A stretch of 64,000 nucleotides of DNA from Oculatellaceae cyanobacterium bins.114 (GCA_033764315.1 JANRJA010000075.1:32001-96000); one strand, 5' to 3'; shown: positions 39,232 through 49,538, numbered from the stretch's first letter. Made by a program: numbers and translations. Notes: generated from the sequence alone by a model not told the origin.

Positions 39232-41013
39232 TCATCCTTTCAACCACTGTTCAATTCCGTCAGCTAAGGTATCTGCTAATCGACGTTGAGCCGTAGGGTT
39301 GACAATCCACTCAAACTCATTAGGGTTAATCATGAACCCCAGTTCGAGCAACACGCAGGGAGCAATGGTCGGGCGAGTCAAGGCGAGGTTATTCCAAAAC
39401 ACGCCATAGGAGGGGCGATCGCCCTGTTCTACCAAGTAATTGTGCAGAAATACGGCAAGGCTGTGGGCTTGGGTGTTGTACCAAAACGTACCGACTCCAT
39501 CTGTATTCTCGGCATCGCCACTGTCGGGTAAGGCGTTGTAGTGCAGACTCAGGGCGATCGCTGGCTTTACCTGATTGATCTGGTTGACCCGATCTTGCAA
39601 GGGTAGGTCAATATCGGTTGTGCGGGTCATCGACACCGTTGCCCCTCGTTGCACCAATTCATCCCGCAACAGCAGCGAGACTGCCAAAGCGACATCCTTT
39701 TCGGGATATCCAGTAGGGCCACGTGATCCCAAATCTTCAGGACCACCATGTCCCGGATCAAGCAAAATGGTGGCTCCTGTGAGCGATCGCCCTGACAAAA
39801 CAGGGGGATGCCGCAATGACAGAATCAGGCTCGTGCCTTCATAGCGCAGGCTGTAACCCCACTGCTGATTTGACTTCAGGTTAAAAGTGTATTGCGCCTT
39901 GCCGGGAGCAGGTTGCTGCCAGTCGAGCCGCTCAATTAGGGGGTCATCATTCAAAAAAATCGTGTCGGTTTGAGCCGTGATGTTATGCAGGGTTAGGGTA
40001 AAGGTGCGATCGCCCTGTTGCACGGTGACGGGAACGGGCACTTGTAGCGGAAAAACAATCTCGGTTGCACCCTCTACTTGGCGGGAAGTGATACTGCGGA
40101 TCAAGGTTTGGGTCAACGTGGCGTGAGGCAAAACTTGCACATCGGTGTTACGAATCCAGGCACCATAATCGAGTCGCCACCACTCGCCCTCATACCCTGT
40201 GACCGTGGCTCTCGTGCCAGTGGGTAGTGGCGTCAGGCGAGAGTAGTCTGTACTTGGGCCCGTGCGAGCAGTTCCCGATGGAACGACGACTGCCACAATC
40301 GTTGGATTGGTGGGAGCCAGAATGGTGACTCGACCGGGAGCCGCTTGACGAATGGTTTGCCCTCCCAAGGTTAGTTGAAACTGGGGTTGCCCCAAATCAC
40401 CAACTTGATTAAAGATAGTGCAACCTTGATAGCGTTGAGCGGTGTTGAGTGCGACTGGTTCGTTTTGATTGGTAAGCACTGCTGAATTGAGGGGTAAATC
40501 AGCATGGCTGCTCTGGGGTGACAAAGGAATGGTTTGAGTTCCAATCGAGAGGCTAACGGTAGCATTGCCAGGGGCGATCGCTTCAAAACAAATGGGTTCT
40601 CCTGGTAAACGGGCAATGTCTACCGCTGGAGTCAGTGACCCCTCGGCAAAGGCTGTTCCTGTTGGGGTCGGAGCTACAGCAGATTGACGATTGACTCGAA
40701 GGATTAACTCTTGATCTTGATGGCGCAGCGTGAACAGGTTATCACCCAAACTCAGGGGAAAACTCGGTGCAAAGTGTCCCGCAGGGCTGCGACGAATGGG
40801 TTGCCCATTAACGGTCACATCACCGTTGGCAGGAGCCGTTCCAATTAAAAAGATGTTGCTAGAGGTCGTCTCATGCCCATCAGGTGGATATGCCACAAAC
40901 AGGGGTTGATCGGCGAGAGCGATCGCCCCACTCAAAATGGTGATCAGAGCGGCGATCGCCCCCATCACCCAAAATCTCAGTGGCTTGCGAGTCCAACGCT
41001 GTAATCTAAACAC
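39232..41013 (-). CDS. N-acetylmuramoyl-L-alanine amidase (Amidase_3)
   Basis: Signal peptide; SH3-like RTGPST.YSRL; LDPGHGG, E, SLHYNA, LLELGF. Confidence 0.92.
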   Translation of the reverse strand: MFRLQRWTRKPLRFWVMGAIAALITILSGAIALADQPLFVAYPPDGHETTSSNIFLIGTAPANGDVTVNGQPIRRSPAGHFAPSFPLSLGDNLFTLRHQDQELILRVNRQSAVAPTPTGTAFAEGSLTPAVDIARLPGEPICFEAIAPGNATVSLSIGTQTIPLSPQSSHADLPLNSAVLTNQNEPVALNTAQRYQGCTIFNQVGDLGQPQFQLTLGGQTIRQAAPGRVTILAPTNPTIVAVVVPSGTARTGPSTDYSRLTPLPTGTRATVTGYEGEWWRLDYGAWIRNTDVQVLPHATLTQTLIRSITSRQVEGATEIVFPLQVPVPVTVQQGDRTFTLTLHNITAQTDTIFLNDDPLIERLDWQQPAPGKAQYTFNLKSNQQWGYSLRYEGTSLILSLRHPPVLSGRSLTGATILLDPGHGGPEDLGSRGPTGYPEKDVALAVSLLLRDELVQRGATVSMTRTTDIDLPLQDRVNQINQVKPAIALSLHYNALPDSGDAENTDGVGTFWYNTQAHSLAVFLHNYLVEQGDRPSYGVFWNNLALTRPTIAPCVLLELGFMINPNEFEWIVNPTAQRRLADTLADGIEQWLKG

Positions 41014-41127
41014 CTGTTAGAGGAAAGGATAAACGATGAACGATGAAGGATAAGAAAGTGGAAGGGGAAAACGATAGGCGATGACAAAGAGGAAGAATTT
41101 TATCCCTCATTATTTATCCTTTATCGT

Positions 41128-41841
41128 TTATCCTTCATCCTTTTTATTTTTAATAGGACTGACTTTAGCACGATATAACAGCTTTTCTCCCTGACGATAG
41201 CCGGTGTAGCGTACCCGAACGCGATCTTGAAGAGACACCCGCAAGGGGTCGCCCGGTTGCACATTGCCCTCCATCAGTTGATGCCATTGAGGATCATAGG
41301 TCACCTCCTCCCCCACAGCGGCGATCGCCTCAATGCCCCAACTCTGCAACAACTGATCGATTGGGCGCAGCAGGGGCAATAAGCGGGTCGCTGGAATCTG
41401 CGGGTTTTGCTGAGCCGCATACATTGCCGTTGGCAGTTGTAGTAAAAGCGATTCCAAGGTTTGCAAACTAGCACGCTGAAATTCTTGTTGGAGGCTGTCT
41501 CGCTGCTCTACCAATTGGGTTTGTAGCCGTTGATATTCCTGCTTCAGTTCTGCGATTTGGGCTTTCAGATCTGCCGTAGGAGCCGTTTCAGGCTGTTCTT
41601 CTGACAGTGCAATCTTCTCTGAAAACAGCTCTACTAATTCTGGCAGCGATCGCCCCAAGGCTTGACTTAGCTTCTGCACCTGCCCCACTTGCATCTGGGC
41701 GATCTTGCCCTGTCGCAATTGCTGCACCTGCCATTCCGACACGCCGGCTAAACGGCTCAAGGCTTTAAAGCTCGAAACACCCACCAATTGCATGAGCGAT
41801 CGCAATTGATGGGTGTAATCTGACGCAATAGAACGACTCAT
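41128..41841 (-). CDS. XRE-type HTH + coiled-coil + GrpE-like domain protein
   Basis: N-terminal HTH; C-terminal G....YDPQ.HQ......PG..VRV...GY..G..LL..AKV. Confidence 0.8.
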   Translation of the reverse strand: MSRSIASDYTHQLRSLMQLVGVSSFKALSRLAGVSEWQVQQLRQGKIAQMQVGQVQKLSQALGRSLPELVELFSEKIALSEEQPETAPTADLKAQIAELKQEYQRLQTQLVEQRDSLQQEFQRASLQTLESLLLQLPTAMYAAQQNPQIPATRLLPLLRPIDQLLQSWGIEAIAAVGEEVTYDPQWHQLMEGNVQPGDPLRVSLQDRVRVRYTGYRQGEKLLYRAKVSPIKNKKDEG

Positions 41842-41921
41842 GAGACTAAGCTTGACCCGACAAGAGAGAACTAATCATCATTATCCCTCTTGGTCTCCAC
41901 TCAGCCCTCAGCCCTTCATGA

Positions 41922-42410
41922 CTACTGCAACAAGCTTCTCAACATCCAGGCGGTTTTCTCATGCAGACGCATCCGCTCGGTCAACAAATCAGCGGTTGAT
42001 TCATCACCGGCTTTTTCTGCGGCTGGAAAGGTTGCACGAGCTGTCCGAACAACCGCTTCGTTGGCTTCGACTAACAGACGAATCATGTCTTCAGCTTTGG
42101 GAACCCCTGTTGTTTCAGGAATAGAGCTGAGTCGAGTGAAATCGCTGTAAGTCCCCAATGCTGGGAATCCGAGAGAACGGATCCGTTCAGCAATGTCATC
42201 CACGGCGATCGCCAACTCAGTGTATTGAGTCTCAAACATGGTGTGCAGGGTTTGGAACATCGGACCCGTCACGTTCCAATGAAAGTTGTGAGTTTTGAGA
42301 TACAGCGTGTAGGTATCTGCCAACAGACGCGACAAACCATCTGCGATCGCACTCCGATCGCCTTCGTTAATACCAATGTCAATTTGGGGTACGGGTTCTT
42401 GTAGTGGCAT
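41922..42410 (-). CDS. dps: Dps family DNA protection protein
   Basis: [20 protein letters not shown].......D.IAER; EKTAWML; ATG at 42410 after a CAGGAG RBS. Confidence 0.95.
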   Translation of the reverse strand: MPLQEPVPQIDIGINEGDRSAIADGLSRLLADTYTLYLKTHNFHWNVTGPMFQTLHTMFETQYTELAIAVDDIAERIRSLGFPALGTYSDFTRLSSIPETTGVPKAEDMIRLLVEANEAVVRTARATFPAAEKAGDESTADLLTERMRLHEKTAWMLRSLLQ

Positions 42411-42547
42411 ACTCTCTCCTGAGTTCAATTCAGTAAACGTTACATTACCAACTCTCAACCTGCTCTAGAAGCGTCCTCTTTAGTTATATAGCAACCAAAA
42501 GATGGGTTAGGACAAGGGGTGCAGAGGTTGCGCCCCTTCGCCTCTAC

Positions 42548-42808
42548 TTAAGCCAGGTGCATTTGCAAAACGGATCTGGGGGCACGACGCACCTTACAAA
42601 GAATGGTGTCGTGTCCTAATCGAGAACAGGCTTCAAAGCGATGACATCCCGAAAATCCGTAGTATTGCCCGTCTACTTCTAAAACGTCGATCGGCTCTTG
42701 TAACCCAATGTCTTGAATGGATTGCATTAACGCCTCAACCTTAGCTGCATCATTTTGCCGATACAGAGGGCGTTGAATTTTATTGATCGGAATAGCTTCA
42801 ATCCTCAT
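42548..42808 (-). CDS. srxA: Sulfiredoxin
   Basis: PIDVL...G.YYGFSGCHR.EA signature. Confidence 0.92.
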   Translation of the reverse strand: MRIEAIPINKIQRPLYRQNDAAKVEALMQSIQDIGLQEPIDVLEVDGQYYGFSGCHRFEACSRLGHDTILCKVRRAPRSVLQMHLA

Positions 42809-42954
42809 GTGTCTAACCTAATCACCGGCTTCTTTCTAAATCATACTCATAACGACTACGACTTGCAACTAAAATTTACTCCTTTCAGACCTGAGGATGA
42901 GAGAGAGGAGTCAGCCAGCAAGAGGAAATGGGGAAATTGGCGACCCAACTCATC

Positions 42955-43851
42955 CTAGAATCCCAATTTCTCCAACACGGGTTTTGTTGAGACAACGTGG
43001 CGATCGAGTCCCAGATCTTTGGGACTGACTCCCAGTGCCAGGGCTATCAGTTGAGGTAAGTGCAACACAGGAAGACTCAACGTGCGACCGATAACTTTTT
43101 CGACTTCAGGTTGGCGAGAGTCAAGGTTGAGGTGACACAACGGACAGGGTGTAATCATGCAATCGGCTCCAGCGGCGATCGCCTCTTGAATGTGTGCTCC
43201 TGCCATTTGAAACGCTTGGGTTGTGGCATAGCTAGAGAGAGGCCAGCCACAACATTGAGTCCGCCCTCGATAATAGACAGGCGTTGCTCCCACCGCTCGA
43301 AAGACATTTTCCATTGACTCTGGACTGTGGGGGTCATCAAAGGGAATGCTGTCTTGTGCCCGCAACAGATAGCATCCATAGAAAGCAGCACACTTTAACC
43401 CAGCGAGTTTGCGAGTAACCCGTTCTTGCACCGCATCCAACCCATAATCACCCACGAGTGCCCACAGCAGGTGTTTGACTTCGGTGCTGCCTTGATAAGG
43501 AGAGCAGCCTTCATTTTTGAGGAACCCGTTGACCTGCTCCAAATAAGCTGGGTTCTTTTGCTGCGCCTCTTTGAGCCGTTCATCTACATGCCCAATCACC
43601 CCCTGGCAGGTGCTGCAATGGGTTAACAACGGTAAGTTTAATTGCTCTGCCAAGGCAATATTGCGAGCATTAACCGTATCTTCTAAGAGTTGAGAGTCTT
43701 CTTTGAAAGTGCCAGAACCGCAGCATGAGGCTTTCTTCAATTCCACCAGTTCAATGCCTAATGCCTGGGTCAAGGCAGCAGTTGATTGATAAAGCTCCCG
43801 GCACGCTCCTTGAGCGACACAACCAGGGAAATACGCATATTTAAGAGTCAT
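42955..43851 (-). CDS. hdrB: HdrB-family CCG-domain protein (probable SdhE/HdrB-type succinate dehydrogenase subunit)
   Basis: Two CCG domains: YFPGC...CCG...C..C and FYGC...CCG...CPLC. Confidence 0.88.
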   Translation of the reverse strand: MTLKYAYFPGCVAQGACRELYQSTAALTQALGIELVELKKASCCGSGTFKEDSQLLEDTVNARNIALAEQLNLPLLTHCSTCQGVIGHVDERLKEAQQKNPAYLEQVNGFLKNEGCSPYQGSTEVKHLLWALVGDYGLDAVQERVTRKLAGLKCAAFYGCYLLRAQDSIPFDDPHSPESMENVFRAVGATPVYYRGRTQCCGWPLSSYATTQAFQMAGAHIQEAIAAGADCMITPCPLCHLNLDSRQPEVEKVIGRTLSLPVLHLPQLIALALGVSPKDLGLDRHVVSTKPVLEKLGF

Positions 43852-43937
43852 GGCACAATTTGTTAAGACAAGCCTTATCTATCATGCCTTTCTTAGTTGC
43901 TGCTCGTGGCAACTTATCACACTCCTTTAACATCTAC

Positions 43938-44088
43938 CTCAGCACTTAAAACTTAAAACTCAAAACTCAAAACTCAAAACTCAAAGCTCAGCACTCAAAA
44001 CTCAAAACTCAAAACCTAAAACTCAAAACCTAAAACTCAAAACTCAGCACTCAAAACCTAAAACTCAAAACTCAAAACTCAAAACTCA
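43938..44088 (+). repeat. Heptanucleotide short tandem repeat (STRR) array, 21 units
   Basis: Units CTCAAAA with variants CTCAGCA, CTTAAAA, CCTAAAA and CTCAAAG. Confidence 0.95.
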
Positions 44089-44133
44089 TCCCATTACCCC
44101 AGCCCATTTACAAAAGTCTAAGGACTAGCTTGC

Positions 44134-44454
44134 ATGTTGTCGCAAATTTTTTATTTCGTTCGGTCTAAACACGATGGGCAATATCTGGTGGCGCGACCCA
44201 GAACCGCCGCTCCGACGAATGCTCCAACCCATCCAGAAAAACCGCCCTCAGGCTATGTGTTGTTGTTTCGGGAACATGCCGATGCGCTGAGTTACTTGAA
44301 TACTCACGGTTCAGGAGTGAGCGATCGCTTTGCTGTGGAATCCATTCCCAGCACTCAGTTGAAGGGTTTAATGCAACGGTGGGGCTTTGATGGCATTGGG
44401 CTAGTCGAAGATCCACTGTTGCCCAGAGTTGAGTTTTTAACATCCCTAAATTAG
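44134..44454 (+). CDS. Hypothetical protein, cyanobacterial type
   Basis: RSK.DGQYL.A...Y.LLF.EH.DALSYLN.H...RWGF.GIG.V.DPL.P..EF pattern. Confidence 0.8.
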   Translation: MLSQIFYFVRSKHDGQYLVARPRTAAPTNAPTHPEKPPSGYVLLFREHADALSYLNTHGSGVSDRFAVESIPSTQLKGLMQRWGFDGIGLVEDPLLPRVEFLTSLN

Positions 44455-44521
44455 GGTGTCACCCCAATTTGAGATAAAATACGACTCGCTGTATACCTAT
44501 CTCCGACTGAATTGTAGACCT

Positions 44522-45601
44522 ATGACAAAGCACTACCGCATTACTCTTTTACCGGGCGACGGCATTGGTCCAGAAATCATGGCAGTGGCGGTGTCAGTGC
44601 TCAAAGAGATTGGTCAGCAACTCGATCTACAGTTTGCCTTTCAAGAAGCCCCGATTGGTGGGGCAGCGATCGATGCCACGGGTGATCCGCTTCCCCCTGA
44701 GAGTTTAGAAACCTGCCGTGACAGTGATGCGGTGTTGCTGGCGGCAATTGGGGGCTTTAAGTGGGATACGCTGCCCAGTCATCAACGCCCAGAACGGGGT
44801 CTGTTGGGTTTAAGAGCGGGTTTGGGGCTGTTTGCTAATCTTCGCCCAGCTCAAATTTTGCCGCAGTTGATCGATGCCTCTAGCCTCAAACGCGACATTG
44901 TCGAAGGGGTAGACATCATGGTGGTGCGTGAACTCACCGGGGGCATTTATTTTGGGCAACCCAAGGGCATCTTTGCTACCGAGACGGGTGAAAAACGGGG
45001 TGTCAATACGATGGCCTACACCGAGTCTGAGATTGAGCGCATTGGTCGAGTAGCGTTTGAAGCGGCTCGTAAACGCCAGGGGCGTCTCTGTTCGGTAGAT
45101 AAAGCGAATGTATTGGAAGTCTCGCAATTGTGGCGCGATCGCATCACTCAACTGTCTCAGGAATATCCCGATGTCGAACTGTCTCACATGTATGTCGATA
45201 ACGCCGCAATGCAACTGGTGCGCTATCCCAAGCAATTCGACACGATCGTCACAGGCAACCTGTTTGGCGATATCCTCTCCGACGCCGCGGCCATGCTTAC
45301 AGGCAGTATTGGCATGTTGCCTTCTGCCAGTTTGGGAGCATCTGGGCCTGGTGTGTTTGAGCCTGTACACGGCTCTGCCCCTGACATCGCCGGACAAGAC
45401 AAAGCCAACCCGATCGCCCAGGTATTGAGTGCTGCCATGATGTTGCGTTATGGCTTAAACGAACCCGAAGCCAGCGATCGCATTGAACAGGCAGTCCTCA
45501 AAGTGCTTGATCAAGGCTATCGCACCGGAGATATCATGTCGCCCGGAATGACGCTCGTGGGGTGTCAGGCAATGGGTGAGGCGTTGTTGAAAGCTCTGTA
45601 G
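44522..45601 (+). CDS. leuB: 3-isopropylmalate dehydrogenase
   Basis: [48 protein letters not shown] at 44522. Confidence 0.97.
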   Translation: MTKHYRITLLPGDGIGPEIMAVAVSVLKEIGQQLDLQFAFQEAPIGGAAIDATGDPLPPESLETCRDSDAVLLAAIGGFKWDTLPSHQRPERGLLGLRAGLGLFANLRPAQILPQLIDASSLKRDIVEGVDIMVVRELTGGIYFGQPKGIFATETGEKRGVNTMAYTESEIERIGRVAFEAARKRQGRLCSVDKANVLEVSQLWRDRITQLSQEYPDVELSHMYVDNAAMQLVRYPKQFDTIVTGNLFGDILSDAAAMLTGSIGMLPSASLGASGPGVFEPVHGSAPDIAGQDKANPIAQVLSAAMMLRYGLNEPEASDRIEQAVLKVLDQGYRTGDIMSPGMTLVGCQAMGEALLKAL

Positions 45602-45754
45602 GAAAAAAGAAAAAGAAGAGAGAAAAGAGAAGAGGAAGTAAGGCTAAAGGCTGAAGGATAAAGGCTGAGAGAAGAGGGAGGATAGATATCAATCAAAGCC
45701 TTATTCTTTTTTCTCTTTTCTTTTTTCCTCTTTTATCCTTATATCCTTTCCCTT
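45601..45754. repeat. Low-complexity purine-rich/pyrimidine-rich inverted STRR-like spacer
   Basis: AAGAG/AAGGCT(A/G)-rich arm followed by TTTTC/TATCCTT-rich arm; similar tracts near 41020-41127, 46475-46560 and 29600-29690. Confidence 0.6.
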
Positions 45755-46423
45755 GTGTCTACCAAAATTCCGTTTGATATTGATATCGCGATCGCCCATC
45801 TCCAGGAAGCCGTAAAACCCTTTCCCAAAGCAGCCATGTTTGAGTTAGCTGACTTGGGATATCAATCGCCTTTTGAACAGCTGATCTCTTGCATCATCTC
45901 GATTCGCACCTACGATGAGGTCAGCTTGCCCGTATCGCAGCGATTGTTTGAGCGTGCCCGCACTCCAGCGCAAATGGTGCAATTGACTCCAACTGAAATC
46001 AATGAGTTGATTCGAGACTGTACCTACCCCGAACCCAAGTCAGAACAAATTTGGGCGATCGCCCACAGCATTGTCACTGAATATGAAGGTGTTTTGCCCT
46101 CTGACGTGAATGTCTTGCTGTCTTTTAAGGGCGTAGGACCCAAATGTGCCCACTTGACCCTGGGCATTGCCTGTCATCAACCTTATATCAGTGTCGATAC
46201 CCACGTTCATCGGGTCACCAATCGATGGGGGTATGTGCAAGCCCGCACCCCCGAAAAGACCCTGACTGCATTAGAAGCTACCCTACCCAAGCCTTACTGG
46301 ATTGAAATCAATCGGTTGCTCGTTCCCTTTGGCAAGCATATCTGCACAGGCACCTCACCCCACTGCTCCACCTGTCCTGTATTGAATATGTGCCAACAAG
46401 TTGGCGTAAAACAACATCGGTAG
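45755..46423 (+). CDS. nth: Endonuclease III (HhH-GPD)
   Basis: GVGPKCA HhH motif, VDTHVHR, C-x6-C-x2-C-x5-C Fe-S motif. Confidence 0.92.
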   Translation: MSTKIPFDIDIAIAHLQEAVKPFPKAAMFELADLGYQSPFEQLISCIISIRTYDEVSLPVSQRLFERARTPAQMVQLTPTEINELIRDCTYPEPKSEQIWAIAHSIVTEYEGVLPSDVNVLLSFKGVGPKCAHLTLGIACHQPYISVDTHVHRVTNRWGYVQARTPEKTLTALEATLPKPYWIEINRLLVPFGKHICTGTSPHCSTCPVLNMCQQVGVKQHR

Positions 46424-46742
46424 TAGGAAGTAGGGAGTAGAAAATTTCCTAAACGCTAAGTCAACTCTCAACTCCTATCCTTCATCCTTCATCCTTTATC
46501 CTTCATCCTTTACCCCTCATCCCTTCCTCTTTTTTTTCTCTCTTCTCTTCTCCTCCCCCACTCGTCCCATTTTTCAGTTATCTTTATGGCATCTCGTCGC
46601 AAATCTTGCTGTAATAATACAAATGGACTAAGCCGAGCTAGCAAATGGGGGTAAGCGGGTAGTGTACGCTTCAAAACACACATCAACACAAAATCCGGTT
46701 AAGCCCGGTTTAGACGCAAAAACAACGAGTCGAGCAGAGCCG

Positions 46743-46961
46743 ATGGATTTCTCAGCCTTGCTAGACCCCTCGTTGTTGCAAGCAGCTAGACATATTTATC
46801 GAACGTATTACGAAGTTCATCCTGAGCAGGTACAGCGTCCGTTAGGAGTGGCGATCGATCGCTTCACTTATCGTGGCAAGCTCATCTTCACAGGCAAACC
46901 TGTGTTGCTGCCTCAAGAGTGCTTTATCCCCATTAACCACATCGAGTCTGAGTTGCACTAG
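46743..46961 (+). CDS. Hypothetical protein, cyanobacterial type
   Basis: AAR.IY..Y...H......P.GVAI......G.LIF..KPVLLP.ECF.P; start 46743 or 46662. Confidence 0.75.
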   Translation: MDFSALLDPSLLQAARHIYRTYYEVHPEQVQRPLGVAIDRFTYRGKLIFTGKPVLLPQECFIPINHIESELH

Positions 46962-46966
46962 GGGCG

Positions 46967-47812
46967 ATGGAACTGCTCTTTTTAGCAGTCAGTACTGTAG
47001 CGGTGTTCATTCTAGGAGCGTGTATCGGCAGCTTCTTGAATGTTGTGATTTATCGCATTCCAGCGGGAATATCGTTAATCTATCCACCGTCTCGCTGTCC
47101 TCGCTGCAAACAACAACTTAAAAGCTACGACAATGTTCCTGTTCTGGGTTGGCTCAGGCTCAAAGGGCGTTGTCGCTCGTGTCGCAATCCCATCTCAGTT
47201 CGCTATCCTCTCGTTGAGGCGGCAACTGGGCTTTTGTTTGTCTTTGTTTTCTGGGCGTTTACCTTGCCCCTGCCTGCCATTGGCTATTGGGCGTTTTTAA
47301 GTTGGCTATTAGTCCTCTCTTTAATTGATCTCGATACCCTCACCTTGCCCAACTCTCTGACTCAATCAGGGTTAATCGCCGGACTGGCGTTTCAAGCTGT
47401 GATGGGTGGGGCAGAGGCAGGTGGATCAGGGGTCGCTAATCGCTTGATGATTGGGGTTCTAGGGGCTGTGATTGGTATTTGGATCTTTGATGCCATCACG
47501 ATTTTGGGATCGATCGCCTTTGGGCAAACAGCGATGGGTGGTGGAGATGCCAAACTTGCTGCCATGATGGGGGCTTGGTTGGGTTGGCAAAATCTATTAC
47601 TAGCTGGATTTTTAGCGTGTGCGATCGGGGCTTTTGTTGGAGGAGGGGCGATCGCCCTGGGGTTGCTCAGTCGTCGTCAGCCGATGCCATTTGGCCCTTT
47701 TTTGGCACTTGGAGCGGTCATCAGCACCTTTTTTGGGCAAGCTATTATCTCTACGTATCTGCGGCTATTCTTGCCCACTGTAGGAACGCTTTGGGGCAAT
47801 CTTGGCGGATAA
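46967..47812 (+). CDS. pilD: Prepilin peptidase/N-methyltransferase
   Basis: GSFLNVVIYR.P, S.CP.C, G.C..C, ID, MG.GD.KL, PFGPFL. Confidence 0.95.
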   Translation: MELLFLAVSTVAVFILGACIGSFLNVVIYRIPAGISLIYPPSRCPRCKQQLKSYDNVPVLGWLRLKGRCRSCRNPISVRYPLVEAATGLLFVFVFWAFTLPLPAIGYWAFLSWLLVLSLIDLDTLTLPNSLTQSGLIAGLAFQAVMGGAEAGGSGVANRLMIGVLGAVIGIWIFDAITILGSIAFGQTAMGGGDAKLAAMMGAWLGWQNLLLAGFLACAIGAFVGGGAIALGLLSRRQPMPFGPFLALGAVISTFFGQAIISTYLRLFLPTVGTLWGNLGG

Positions 47813-47863
47813 TTTGACAAATCCTCAATAGTTCGCTAACAATAGAGATCGCGTCAAAATTAA

Positions 47864-47937
47864 GGGACTGTAGTTCAATTGGTTAGAGCACCGCCCTGTC
47901 ACGGCGGAAGTTGCGGGTTCGAGCCCCGTCAGTCCCG
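47864..47937 (+). tRNA. trnD: tRNA-Asp(GTC), copy 1
   Basis: GGGACTG...CAGTCCCG cloverleaf, CCGCC-CTGTCAC-GGCGG anticodon arm; TTGACA at 47814 upstream. Confidence 0.97.
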
Positions 47938-48090
47938 TAGAAAAACTTCTTCAAATTCTCCAAGTCAAGCGTCATTTCTCGCAAATAACGTCATTTGGGT
48001 TAAGCCCTTGGCTAAGGAATAACGGCTATCAAGACGAAGTCTATGCCCGAACCCTGACCAAACGCTTATGCGTGGGGCTATAACAATATT

Positions 48091-48350
48091 TAACGTCAGT
48101 TCGGTTTAAGAGCCTGGCGAATAAATTCACGGCTATCAGAGCGAAGTTCGCCTTCGTGAACTACAGAGAATCAAGGGTTGAGTGAACCGACTCATACAAA
48201 ATCCGGCTAGTTGCTTACGAATTACTTTCCTACAGGCAAAGGTTTTAGCCTAGCCTGACAACAAGTAAGCAGCCAGATTTCATATCAGGTCGGTTTTGCT
48301 CCTGTAGTTGCGGTTTCAACCGCCAAAATCCTTATCCCGAATTCACGTTA
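48091..48350. mobile_element. Nested MITE-like composite
   Basis: Outer imperfect TIRs TAACGTCAGTTCGG/CCGAATTCACGTTA; middle REP-like palindrome about 48115-48329; inner inverted repeat about 48186-48294. Confidence 0.65.
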
Positions 48351-48389
48351 TTTAAGAAATTCAAATCTAGGTATTTCCTGGTTTTTATA

Positions 48390-48457
48390 TATAGCAGTCC
48401 TACATCATTTGTGAGATTGGGGAGTTGTAAGAAGCTCACCCACTTGGAATCGCTATA
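48390..48457. repeat. TATAGCA...GCTATA MITE-like element
   Basis: TATAGCAGTCCTACATCATTTGTGAGATTGG is almost identical to 63373-63403. Confidence 0.75.
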
Positions 48458-48477
48458 GTTACTAACAAACCTGATAC

Positions 48478-49002
48478 TCAATTAAATGACTGAGCCTCGT
48501 ATGGCAAATATTGCTGTTTGTATGAGTTCAAGCTATTTAATATCAAAACATCTCGAACCTTATCAGATGAGTGAGATAATGTGGCTAACTTACGAGCGAT
48601 CGCCATCACTGTGGGTCGCTTTGCAGAAGCTATTTCTGTTTTGTTCTTAAGCGTTTCTGAATTGGGTTTAGAGGGAGTGATCTGAGGGATCAAACTATCA
48701 ATTTCATCAGAGAAGCGTGTGGTGTTTGCTAAATCATCTGGCTCACTCAAGGAGCCATGAGACATCCCCAATTCCTCAAGATGCTGATGAAGAGACATTT
48801 CTCGATTGCGCTCGTCTAACCATCTGCGACAGACATCATTGACAAGCCAAATCTCCTGCTGGGTCAAGGCTTCAGTCGGCTTATAAGAAGCAACGATTGC
48901 CGATACTGCATAGGCATCATCAAAAGGAATTCCTACCCGGACTAACTCTATGAAAAAGAGCTTTTTCCTCTCTTTATTAATATCTGAAGGAAGGCTCTCC
49001 AT
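48478..49002 (-). CDS. Hypothetical protein between the two tRNA-Asp genes
   Basis: 174-aa ATG ORF, AT-rich; no family recognised. Confidence 0.6.
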   Translation of the reverse strand: MESLPSDINKERKKLFFIELVRVGIPFDDAYAVSAIVASYKPTEALTQQEIWLVNDVCRRWLDERNREMSLHQHLEELGMSHGSLSEPDDLANTTRFSDEIDSLIPQITPSKPNSETLKNKTEIASAKRPTVMAIARKLATLSHSSDKVRDVLILNSLNSYKQQYLPYEAQSFN

Positions 49003-49224
49003 GAGTTAGAAAAGCTTACGTGAATGACTTTCATCATTTAGTGTTACTCATATTACAAATAACGGGTTCCATCTAATGGAGGACATCAATAAACGGTAGA
49101 GGTCAAGAATCAATAAAGTTAAAGAGCACAGGTTGACTGAGCAAATTTTTGAAGGACTTTGTTCTGGTATGTCGCCTAAATGACTTAAACTATTAAATAT
49201 GGCGATTAAAAAGCCTGAGATTGA

Positions 49225-49298
49225 GGGACTGTAGTTCAATTGGTTAGAGCACCGCCCTGTCACGGCGGAAGTTGCGGGTTCGAGCCCCGTCAGTCCCG
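49225..49298 (+). tRNA. trnD: tRNA-Asp(GTC), copy 2 (identical to copy 1)
   Basis: Same 74-nt sequence as 47864-47937. Confidence 0.97.
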
Positions 49299-49393
49299 TA
49301 AAAAAAGTTGAGCAAGCTGGTCGAGGAGATCAAGCAATAGCCAATTTGAGCTTAAGATTTATTGCATAAATTAGTTCTAAGAGCACGATCGCC

Positions 49394-49538
49394 GGAGTTG
49401 CGGAATGCAAGTATGATTTCTCTCATCCCCAGCCCTTTTCTTTAAGGAGAAGGGAGCTAGAATCCGGTTCCCTCGCCCTTTGGGAGAGGGTTAGGGTGAG
49501 GGCAGCTTTGGTAATTCATATCTCTGTTCAGCCACACC
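49394..49538. mobile_element. MITE-like element containing a small dispersed palindromic repeat
   Basis: Imperfect TIRs GGAGTTGCGGAATGCAAGTATGA/TCATATCTCTGTTCAGCCACACC enclosing CTCATCCCCAGCCCTT...GGGAGAGGGTTAGGGTGAGGG. Confidence 0.6.

Noticed and set aside
43938..44088. Possible CRISPR array or coding repeat
   Set aside because: Plain heptamer tandem repeat with no spacers and no credible ORF
44810..45438. Long overlapping ORFs within leuB (similar ones within ctaD and the amidase)
   Set aside because: Alternative-frame shadows of conserved genes with no recognisable motifs
49048..49263. 71-aa ORF
   Set aside because: Starts antisense within tRNA-Asp copy 2; shadow ORF
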